Virus record (IMG/VR): IMGVR_UViG_3300020161_002697
Span: 1-33,996 of that record
Reading direction: 5' to 3' (one strand)
DNA length: 33,996 bases
DNA from: a virus
Taxonomy: Duplodnaviria > Caudoviricetes
Positions within the stretch are counted from its first letter, which is position 1. Each line of letters starts with the position of its first letter. A program made the position numbers and the translations under genes. Positions 26,473 to 33,633 of this stretch are shown here, piece after piece. Under the pieces are notes generated by a model. It was not told the DNA's origin and made no database searches. It saw only the letters and a program-made list of their open reading frames with translations.

Positions 26473-27885
26473 TTATAAATCATTGATCGAGAAGGTCTCA
26501 CCGATAAATCTATGCTCGGTTTTGCCATCCTGACCATGTCGGTTTTTTACAACAATGAGCTCGATTTTGTCTCGATCTGCGATTTCATTGTACTTGCTAT
26601 CACGATAGAGCATTGTGATCACATCCGCGTCTTGCTCCAGACTGCCCGACTCTCTGAGATCGCTTGCCATAGGTCTTTTAACTGCACGCCCTTCCACATC
26701 TCTATTGAGCTGCGCCAAGGCGATGACTGCGCAGTCGAACTGTTTTGCAAGATTTTTTAGCCCCCTGCTGATCTCTGCGATCTCTTGCTCTCTAAAGTTC
26801 GCCTTGCTTGGCTCTCTCACGAGCTGCAGATAGTCGACGACGATCAGCCCAAGGGGCACGCCCGAGCTTGCCCGATGATGCTCACAGGCTGAGTAAATTT
26901 TTTCTAAAGTCATGGGCGTATCGATGAACTGGAGATGATTGGCGTTTGCTATATCATCTAAGGCATTGTCAAATCGATCGAATTGCCCTTGATCCCACTC
27001 ATGAGCGAGTTTATTTAGATTGCTATTTGATACTCCGCTGATACTGCAGGCAAGGCGCTGGATCAGCTGTGCATTAGGCATCTCTAAAGAAAAGAAAATG
27101 TTCTTTGTGCCAATGCAATCACGAGACGATAAAAATTTGAGGGCGACTGCTGTCTTGCCCATGCCTGGGCGCCCTGCGTATATATAAAAACAACCCTTTT
27201 TAAATCCGCCTCCTAACAGCTCATCGTGCTCTGCTAAAAAAGTTCTGATGACGGGCGGGCGTATAAAAAGGCTATCTCTCACCGCCCTTGCAAGCGATTC
27301 GTTATTGTCGGGCTTATCGGGAAGCATCGCCTTAAAATTACTTATCAGCTTATTGATCGCCCCTGTGGCCGATTCATCATCCATCCCTAAGTCGAGCATG
27401 AGTCTAGATTTTTGACTCTGGCAGATGCCTATCCTAAAGGTGATGACATTGCGGATATGTGCTAGTGCGGCCTCCTCAACAATGAGCGCATTTGTCCTTG
27501 GTTCTTGGATGTCTAATTGCATCATATACTCTAGCATCTCATCCGGATCATAAGACTCTTTCATGTCGCAGTACTGCTTAAAGGGACCTTTTAGCGCTGG
27601 ATAGATCAAATTGCGATATTCTTTATCTAGCTCAAGCAGAGTGGTCAGCCCGCCCCGTCTTAATATGCGCACGACCGCGACATAGATCAGGCGATTGGGC
27701 TCAAAGTGCAGGAGCTCTGCATTGCCTTGCAATACCCGCATGACAGTCTGCTGGATATGTGGCAGATGATAGCAGAGCAAATCGCCCATGAGCTTGAGCT
27801 CTTCTCTGATCATGATTGCATATTTTTTTTGATTTGATGCTGTCTTGAGATGATCGTTAAATTCTTTTTGAAAATTGATATACAT
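26473..27885 (-). CDS. dnaB: replicative DNA helicase, DnaB-like
   Basis: AGRPGMGKT, FFSLEM, IVVDYLQL, REQEIAEISRGLKNLAK, LAQLNR, DLRESGSLEQDAD, KNRHG. Confidence 0.95.
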   Translation of the reverse strand: MYINFQKEFNDHLKTASNQKKYAIMIREELKLMGDLLCYHLPHIQQTVMRVLQGNAELLHFEPNRLIYVAVVRILRRGGLTTLLELDKEYRNLIYPALKGPFKQYCDMKESYDPDEMLEYMMQLDIQEPRTNALIVEEAALAHIRNVITFRIGICQSQKSRLMLDLGMDDESATGAINKLISNFKAMLPDKPDNNESLARAVRDSLFIRPPVIRTFLAEHDELLGGGFKKGCFYIYAGRPGMGKTAVALKFLSSRDCIGTKNIFFSLEMPNAQLIQRLACSISGVSNSNLNKLAHEWDQGQFDRFDNALDDIANANHLQFIDTPMTLEKIYSACEHHRASSGVPLGLIVVDYLQLVREPSKANFREQEIAEISRGLKNLAKQFDCAVIALAQLNRDVEGRAVKRPMASDLRESGSLEQDADVITMLYRDSKYNEIADRDKIELIVVKNRHGQDGKTEHRFIGETFSINDL

Positions 27886-27890
27886 TATGA

Positions 27891-28118
27891 TTACTCAGTA
27901 AAAAAATATAGAATCCCTAGTGCGTTGATATAGACATAGGCAATGAAAATTGCCAAGTAAAAGCATACCTTTAGGGCATAGATTACGGGACTGATGAGCT
28001 GTGAGACGGGCTGATTTAGATCGACAGCAGGTGGGGCATAAAACACTAAAGGCTCTTGCTCTTCTACTTGTGGGCGAACGATGGGATATAGACCGACATT
28101 GAAATCTTGTTGACTCAT
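27891..28118 (-). CDS. small membrane protein (75 aa, C-terminal TM)
   Basis: SD AGGAG, ATGA overlap with the upstream gene, hydrophobic VCFYLAIFIAYVYINALGILYFF. Confidence 0.65.
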   Translation of the reverse strand: MSQQDFNVGLYPIVRPQVEEQEPLVFYAPPAVDLNQPVSQLISPVIYALKVCFYLAIFIAYVYINALGILYFFTE

Positions 28119-28342
28119 TTTTTATCTCCTAAAAATTGCATACAGGTGGGATGTGGATACATGAAAAACTGATGAGACACGCCTAGTTTGGCTTGCATCT
28201 CGATTGCGATAGAGTATTTGCAGACTGCATGATCTTTGAGTCTTGCAGATAGGACTTGAACGCTGACGCCAAGTACTTGAGCCATTTCTGTTAGGCTTTG
28301 ACTTTTAGCTGTTCTGAGAGCCATGGATTTCTTATTGCTCAT
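28115..28342 (-). CDS. Cro/XRE-like HTH regulator (75 aa)
   Basis: SD AAGGAGG before ATG 28342. SLTEMAQVLGVSVQVLSARLK helix-turn-helix; no peptidase domain. Confidence 0.7.
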   Translation of the reverse strand: MSNKKSMALRTAKSQSLTEMAQVLGVSVQVLSARLKDHAVCKYSIAIEMQAKLGVSHQFFMYPHPTCMQFLGDKK

Positions 28343-28383
28343 GATACCTCCTTTAAGGTTCTTTTTATTTATCAAAAATAATA

Positions 28384-28413
28384 TTGAAAAGTCAAATAAA
28401 ATTTTGATATATT
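28384..28413 (+). promoter_or_regulatory. candidate promoter of the initiator gene, in a divergent control region
   Basis: TTGAAA (28384-28389), 18 nt, TATATT (28408-28413) with extended TG at 28405-28406. An opposite-strand TTGACT lies at 28395-28390. Confidence 0.55.
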
Positions 28414-28447
28414 GCAAAAAGATTTAAACATTAAAAAGGAATGTACT

Positions 28448-29644
28448 ATGAAGCTATTTAAAGAAGCGGGATTCTATGGGCTATTCAATATCAATCGATC
28501 TGCACTAAAGAGCAATGCCAAGGCTGTACTCGTTAGGATGATTGAGATTTATGAGACTGGCGATACCATGGATAGATCATTCATCAGCTCTTACTCATAT
28601 ATAGGCGAGCTGATATGTATGGACAGACAGGCGGTGGCTAGGGCTACAAAAGAGCTGATCGATGAGAGGTTGATCAGCCTAGAGATCAATCAGTCTGCGG
28701 GCAATTTGAGTCGATTCACTTTCACTCAAGAGCTGCTTTCTCGCTTTGATTTAGGGACGGGCAGATATACAAAAAACGCCAAGAAAACATCCCCCCCTCA
28801 TATCAAAAATGATATGACCCCTCATATCAAAAATGATATGACCCCTCATATCAAAAATGATATGACCCCTCATATCAAAAATGATCACAATATAGAAGAC
28901 TATATAGATGACTATTTAGAAGATAGCTTATTTAATAGTTCAATAATGCGTGCGTGCGTGAGTGAGAATCTTTTCATAAAGACAGCGGGCGGGCTAGAAT
29001 GGAATAAAAACTTTTTGCCCTGTGAGGATGGATTCGAGAAGCAGGCATCTCATGGAGAGCACTATAAGCGGGATGAAAAAAGCAATCGCATTGTGTCAGA
29101 TAATGGGATTAAAAATAGAAAGCTCAGAATGTGTCAGCCCGTATGCGATACATACTTCACGCTAGACGCCTCTATTTTGAGCTATAATCAAAGATCAAGG
29201 GCTTTGCTATATCAGCATATAGGGAGCATGAAAAACAACGCTAAAAATACCCATTTTTTAATCATCAAAGAAAATGCTCTAAAATCGAGTCTAGGATATC
29301 TCATTCATAAGGCTTTGCATTTTGCAGGTAGCTCACTAGTCATGATCGACTCATGGGAGAATATAGTAAATCAAGAGCTACGCTTTTGGCAGGATTCAAG
29401 GAATAAGCGATCATCAGACTCAAAATGTTTTGCTGACAGATCAAAGCCCTATGACATAACGATAATTGTTGATTTTCTGCCCAAGGCGAGAGATGTACAA
29501 AGTCAAGTCTTGCGTGATCTGGTGGCACATGATAAGCCGATCATATTTATTACTACTGCTATCGATGAGACCGCATTTGAATTTAGGGGCGATAACTTCT
29601 TAAAGGCATTTCAAGACAAGACTACTCTAATCGAATTAAATTGA
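28448..29644 (+). CDS. replication initiator (N-terminal winged HTH) with C-terminal DnaC/IstB-like region
   Basis: SD AAGGA, ATG 28448. SYSYIGELICMDRQAVARATKELIDERLI is a typical initiator HTH. Internal iteron array follows, as in lambda O-type genes. Confidence 0.75.
   Translation: MKLFKEAGFYGLFNINRSALKSNAKAVLVRMIEIYETGDTMDRSFISSYSYIGELICMDRQAVARATKELIDERLISLEINQSAGNLSRFTFTQELLSRFDLGTGRYTKNAKKTSPPHIKNDMTPHIKNDMTPHIKNDMTPHIKNDHNIEDYIDDYLEDSLFNSSIMRACVSENLFIKTAGGLEWNKNFLPCEDGFEKQASHGEHYKRDEKSNRIVSDNGIKNRKLRMCQPVCDTYFTLDASILSYNQRSRALLYQHIGSMKNNAKNTHFLIIKENALKSSLGYLIHKALHFAGSSLVMIDSWENIVNQELRFWQDSRNKRSSDSKCFADRSKPYDITIIVDFLPKARDVQSQVLRDLVAHDKPIIFITTAIDETAFEFRGDNFLKAFQDKTTLIELN
28794..28885. 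repeat. iteron array / probable replication origin
   Basis: CCCCTCATATCAAAAATGATATGA x3 (28794, 28818, 28842) plus a 20-nt fourth copy (28866). Each unit contains the inverted repeat TCATATCA-AAAA-TGATATGA. An AT-rich tract follows. Confidence 0.85.
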
Positions 29645-30065
29645 TGCCATGAGCTGATAGATAGTCCTCGCCCGTACTAATCCATCTCTGCCCGCCCCGA
29701 TAATAGACCGTCTTAATGCCTGATTGAATAATCACTTTAGAGCAGATGAGACAGGGCGGGGCAGTGATCACAATGCAGGCATCAGCCAAGGCGATACCCT
29801 CATAGACGGCATTGGCTATCGCATTGATCTCTGCATGGATACAGCCGATCTCGATCCTCTCCCCGCTAGGTATGCCTAGCCTATCCCTATCGCAGCATGA
29901 GCCACCGCATAGGATCGAATCGCTTTTGCGAGCCTGCCCATTGTATCCAGTGGATAGGACAGCTTTACGATCTGCCCTAAAAATGACAGCCCCCACCTGT
30001 GCACGAGGGCAAGGCGATTGCTTGGCTATCGTGCGAGCTACCTCATCCCATATCTCAGCACTCAT
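29622..30065 (-). CDS. dCMP deaminase
   Basis: SPCPRAQVGAVI, STGYNG, HAEINAI and PCLIC zinc motifs. SD AAGGA before ATG 30065. Confidence 0.9.
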   Translation of the reverse strand: MSAEIWDEVARTIAKQSPCPRAQVGAVIFRADRKAVLSTGYNGQARKSDSILCGGSCCDRDRLGIPSGERIEIGCIHAEINAIANAVYEGIALADACIVITAPPCLICSKVIIQSGIKTVYYRGGQRWISTGEDYLSAHGINLIRLE

Positions 30066-30489
30066 AGCAAAAATCCTTTTTTGAGCCACTGCGACAGTCG
30101 AGCTCACGGGCAAGGGCGATGATCATCCTAGACCGACGACCACATACGCCATCATTGCCCATCGCATATCTGCCCAGAGCAAGGCAGACGCTTTTAGATC
30201 TATCCATCCAGTATCTAAGGGCGATCATGCCCGCCTCTATATCAGAGCATGATTGGCAAGCAATAAATTTTCTCTTCACCTGCATAGCCCCAACAGCTCC
30301 ATGAGATGATACCACCTTTTTATCAAATCGGCTCTCGTGATATGCCAAGGCAACCGCTATATATGGATCAATCCTATACTCCATCGCATAGCGTGCTACC
30401 TCTTGACAGGTATCGACTCGATGAGCTGATGGGACGGGCTCTGCCATGCTAGCGAGGTATAGGCACACGCCTAAAAAATTATTCATCAT
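30055..30489 (-). CDS. SLT-family lytic transglycosylase, Cys-rich
   Basis: IDPYIAVALAYHESRF (catalytic Glu), SSHGAVGAMQV, IEAGMIALR, ALGRY. Confidence 0.8.
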   Translation of the reverse strand: MMNNFLGVCLYLASMAEPVPSAHRVDTCQEVARYAMEYRIDPYIAVALAYHESRFDKKVVSSHGAVGAMQVKRKFIACQSCSDIEAGMIALRYWMDRSKSVCLALGRYAMGNDGVCGRRSRMIIALARELDCRSGSKKDFCYEC

Positions 30490-30652
30490 CGTCTTCTATC
30501 TCCTCATCGGGATCTAGTGTGTCATCTAAAAAATCATCGTCGTACGATTGACGATAGACGGTAGCTACGCACTCAGCACAAAATTGATACTCAAAGCCTT
30601 GTAGGTAGTCTAGCCCTTGGAGTCGAGCCCCGCACTTAATACATCTTGACAT
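30479..30652 (-). CDS. 57-aa zinc-finger protein with acidic tail (not in ORF track)
   Basis: MSRCIKCGARLQGLDYLQGFEYQFCAECVATVYRQSYDDDFLDDTLDPDEEIEDDDE*. GGAG upstream; fills the gap between thyX and the SLT gene, overlapping both. Confidence 0.7.
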   Translation of the reverse strand: MSRCIKCGARLQGLDYLQGFEYQFCAECVATVYRQSYDDDFLDDTLDPDEEIEDDDE

Positions 30653-31311
30653 CTAATCAGCTCCATAGATCGAGGGAAGTAAATGCGGGCTAAGTTTAGC
30701 ACAGCCTCAGCAAAATCTCTCATCTCTTTTTGGGCGTGATCGTCAAGTCTTAGCTCAATGAAATTCATGATCGCCTGCAGGCTTGCAGTCCATATCGCTT
30801 TAGAGTACATCCCCACAGGTAGCATGACACGAGCCTGCTCACGACATACGCCCATATCGATCAGTTTAGCGTAGTTTCTATAGGCGACCTCATAGGATTC
30901 ATCTAAAAGGGCGGTGGCTTTAATTTGCTCGTCCCTTGGTAGGATGCCCAAGGATGATTGCTTATTTTTGCTATCCTGCAGTCTCCACAGCACAGGGCGA
31001 AAGGCTTCACTCTCGCCCATATCAACATACCTAGCCGAGATCTCATTCCAAGAGCAACCAACCTGATGTTTCATCCACTGTCTCAAAACAAAGATCGGGG
31101 CGGATATCTCAAAGCGGATACTTGCGTGTCTAAATGGGCTCGTATGTTTATTTGCCCATAGATATCGCAGAAGCTTCTCATCACGATCAGACCACTCTTT
31201 AGACTCTTTGTCATAGCTGACTCGAGCGGTATTTACGATCATCAGATCGCTACCTAGCACACAGCCATCGCCCACTCGCACATATCCATCATGTACAAAA
31301 ATTTGATTCAT
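30610..31311 (-). CDS. thyX: FAD-dependent thymidylate synthase
   Basis: IVNTARVSY, HTSPFRH, APIFVLRQWMKHQ..SWNEISARY, GVCREQARVMLP, LRLDDHAQKEMR. ATG 31311 preferred. Confidence 0.92.
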   Translation of the reverse strand: MNQIFVHDGYVRVGDGCVLGSDLMIVNTARVSYDKESKEWSDRDEKLLRYLWANKHTSPFRHASIRFEISAPIFVLRQWMKHQVGCSWNEISARYVDMGESEAFRPVLWRLQDSKNKQSSLGILPRDEQIKATALLDESYEVAYRNYAKLIDMGVCREQARVMLPVGMYSKAIWTASLQAIMNFIELRLDDHAQKEMRDFAEAVLNLARIYFPRSMELIRCQDVLSAGLDSKG

Positions 31312-31336
31312 TTTTACTTGCCTTTTCAAAGTCATA

Positions 31337-31366
31337 TTGATAGAATGCTTTAGAACATTCTATAAA
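31337..31366 (+). promoter_or_regulatory. candidate rightward promoter with overlapping palindromic operator
   Basis: TTGATA (31337-31342), 18 nt, TATAAA (31361-31366). Inverted repeat ATAGAATG-N8-CATTCTAT at 31340-31363. Confidence 0.55.
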
Positions 31367-31404
31367 AGTCAATAATCATTATAACACAAACCAAGGATAA
31401 AATC

Positions 31405-31776
31405 ATGGATTTACAACAGCTGTATTCCCACTTAAAAGATTTACCCGCTAAGGCTTTTATGCCTATATGGGATGGCGTACTGCCCCAAGACCTCAGAGTC
31501 TATCTGCAGGGCAATAAGATCGTGATCAGCTATCACACATACGAGGATGATAGACGATGCCATATCACAGCCCATCAAGGCAGATTTAGAGCCCTTCATC
31601 TATGCAGTGATAGGCGCAGCAGGAGAGGCGGGATGTCTGTGGCCCTATTCGATGGGGCTGATATGCAAGCAATCCATACTCACCTATTTAGTCAGGCTGG
31701 AGGTCTGCTGACCAAACAGGGGCAGATGATACAGACATACTTCATTGATGACGAGGGCACATATGCAGACCTATAG
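31405..31776 (+). CDS. hypothetical protein (123 aa)
   Basis: SD AAGGA; first gene of the rightward unit; no motif recognised. Confidence 0.65.
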   Translation: MDLQQLYSHLKDLPAKAFMPIWDGVLPQDLRVYLQGNKIVISYHTYEDDRRCHITAHQGRFRALHLCSDRRSRRGGMSVALFDGADMQAIHTHLFSQAGGLLTKQGQMIQTYFIDDEGTYADL

Positions 31777-31834
31777 CCCATGGGATCACATTCTTTTTGA
31801 TGCACTAAAAAAAGCAAGAGAGAAAACTAAATGA
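31763..31834 (+). CDS. possible 23-aa mini-ORF
   Basis: GAGGG then ATG 31763; reads MQTYSPWDHILFDALKKAREKTK*. The stop overlaps the ssb ATG (ATGA). Confidence 0.35.
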   Translation: MQTYSPWDHILFDALKKAREKTK

Positions 31835-32142
31835 TCAACTCCATCACACTAGCAGGCAGAGCAGGCAAGGATTTTATCCTAAAGCCCATCGGTACAACAC
31901 TCACAAAGGCGGTAGGAACTATCGCATATCAGAACAGAAAAGACAGTCCAGTCAGCTGGTTCAATGTTGATATTGTCTCTTTTGGGGCTGATCCCACAGC
32001 TCGCAAGGCATCTGAGCAAATCAAAAAAGGCGATCTCGTTTTGGTAGAGGGCAAAATGCTATCTAATACCTCCGAGGACGGTAAAATTTATTGGCGATTG
32101 GAAGCCCACAGCTTCAATCTACTCAATAAGGAGCAAACATGA
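31831..32142 (+). CDS. ssb: single-stranded DNA-binding protein (OB fold only)
   Basis: MINSITLAGRAGKD, WFNV, IKKGDLVLVEGKM; no acidic C-terminal tail. Confidence 0.85.
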   Translation: MINSITLAGRAGKDFILKPIGTTLTKAVGTIAYQNRKDSPVSWFNVDIVSFGADPTARKASEQIKKGDLVLVEGKMLSNTSEDGKIYWRLEAHSFNLLNKEQT

Positions 32143-32342
32143 TGTTCTCAGCACTAGACATTTTTTTAGAGATATCACGCCTAGAGCAAGATGGCATCAT
32201 CACAGAGCAGACCATAGATGCCATTGTTGATAGTCTACGCCCAGATATGGACGCGATAGGCATATCTGCAGAGACTCAAAGGCGTACAGCCGTCATCTAC
32301 TCTGCTATCGATAGCCTATGCAAAAAAGGAACAGACCTATGA
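32139..32342 (+). CDS. hypothetical protein (67 aa)
   Basis: SD AAGGAG, ATGA overlaps on both sides. Confidence 0.6.
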   Translation: MMFSALDIFLEISRLEQDGIITEQTIDAIVDSLRPDMDAIGISAETQRRTAVIYSAIDSLCKKGTDL

Positions 32343-32566
32343 AGAAAATTAAGCGATCGAGTCATACGCTCTATCTATCGTCCCGCCTCATCGACAAACT
32401 CAATGAGCTCTCTGATGCGATCAGCTCGAGCCCATCAAAGATCATAGAAGCCTGCGTTGTCGATATTGTCGATGACAAGGCGTCAAGAATCAAAGCTTTT
32501 ATCGAGACGGTCGATGTCGAGGACAGTATCGAGAGAATCAGCGATCGAATCTATAAGGGAGAATAA
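32339..32566 (+). CDS. ribbon-helix-helix-like DNA-binding protein
   Basis: SD AAGGA, ATG 32339. KRSSHTLYLSSRLIDKLNELS....SPSKIIEACV fits a beta-alpha-alpha pattern. Confidence 0.55.
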   Translation: MKKIKRSSHTLYLSSRLIDKLNELSDAISSSPSKIIEACVVDIVDDKASRIKAFIETVDVEDSIERISDRIYKGE

Positions 32567-32567
32567 A

Positions 32568-33074
32568 ATGGGCATAGACGACAGGATCAAAAAGCGAAAG
32601 CAGGTTGAGGCTGTCGATGAGACGGCAGAGATCGCCCCGCCCGTAAAGCAAGATGCCCCCAAGAAGACAGTCGCCGACTCGAGAAAAGAAAAGGTTCTCT
32701 TTTTCATCTCCGAGGGCATGAGCCTGCGACAAGCTTCAATCATGGCGGGCGTCGATCCCGCTACGATACACAGATACAAAACTCTCGATGCAAATTTTCT
32801 CATAGAGATCGAGCAGGCTAGACTAGCATATCGCATGAGGCTAGTCGACAAAGTGAAGTTAGCTAGTGAGACGGATTGGCGTGCTGCCAAGTTTCTGCTC
32901 GAAACTCAATTCGCAAGTGAATTCGGACCAACGCAACAGATCGAGATCACTACAGACAAACCTAAATCAATCGTGATCGATATGGTCAATCAGATCAAGG
33001 GGATAGAACATGATAAGCCTAGTGAACAGGCAGACGGGCAGGCAGACGAGCACATGGACGATGATCAGGGCTGA
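32568..33074 (+). CDS. HTH protein, putative terminase small subunit
   Basis: SD AAGGGAG, ATG 32568. EGMSLRQASIMAGVDPATIHRY HTH plus DWRAAKFLLE..F..EFG, a pattern seen in TerS-like proteins. Confidence 0.55.
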   Translation: MGIDDRIKKRKQVEAVDETAEIAPPVKQDAPKKTVADSRKEKVLFFISEGMSLRQASIMAGVDPATIHRYKTLDANFLIEIEQARLAYRMRLVDKVKLASETDWRAAKFLLETQFASEFGPTQQIEITTDKPKSIVIDMVNQIKGIEHDKPSEQADGQADEHMDDDQG

Positions 33075-33633
33075 GGACGGATTTATCTTTGATCTCAATG
33101 ATGCAGAAAACCAAGAGACAGTCAAAAGCATTGTAAAAAATACATTTAAGGGGCGTGGTGGCTATGATGATGATCACTTGGCGGGCTTCTATATCGAGCT
33201 AGAAAAATGCCTAAAAAAATCATACGGCTTTAAAGATCGAGGTCGCATCTTGGGATATATCCGAGCGGTCGCACGCTTTCACTATCTGACAGACTATCTC
33301 AGCCCTAAGAGACGCATAAAATATGAGGTGGCAAATAGTATCGTGATAAACGCTGATTCATACAGCGACTACGATTTAGACGCTTACTATATGGATCATG
33401 CGTCAATCGACACGACAAGCCCTGAGAGCTCAATCTTGATCGCCCTAGATATGCAGGGCTTTCTATCTAGGCTAGACGATGATGATATGCCACTGATAGA
33501 GCTGATGATACAGGGGCATGGATATGCAGAGACCGCCAAGGAGATGGGCGTCAATGCAAACTCGCTATTTACAGGCACACAACGCCTAAGAAAAAGACTA
33601 CAAGCAAGCTGGGCTAAAAGATACCAAGCCTAA
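33010..33633 (+). CDS. sigma70/ECF-like transcription factor, paralogue 1
   Basis: 207 aa. Region-2-like ILGYIRAVARFHYLTDYL and region-4-like LSRL.....PLIELMIQGHGYAETAKEMGVNANSL..GTQRLRKRL. Confidence 0.6.
   Translation: MISLVNRQTGRQTSTWTMIRAEDGFIFDLNDAENQETVKSIVKNTFKGRGGYDDDHLAGFYIELEKCLKKSYGFKDRGRILGYIRAVARFHYLTDYLSPKRRIKYEVANSIVINADSYSDYDLDAYYMDHASIDTTSPESSILIALDMQGFLSRLDDDDMPLIELMIQGHGYAETAKEMGVNANSLFTGTQRLRKRLQASWAKRYQA

Noticed and set aside
23195-27885. Intein or intron in nrdJ or dnaB
   Set aside because: Both frames are uninterrupted and of ordinary length, with motifs at normal spacing and no splice-junction or endonuclease motifs seen.
28115-28342. HTH gene as a CI repressor of a lysogeny switch
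   Set aside because: Only 75 aa with no S24 peptidase domain, no opposing repressor gene, and no integrase or att site visible; lifestyle cannot be called from this window.
28794-28885. 24-bp palindromic repeats as a CRISPR array
   Set aside because: The repeats are head-to-tail with no spacers, lie in frame inside a gene, and no cas genes are present; iterons fit better.
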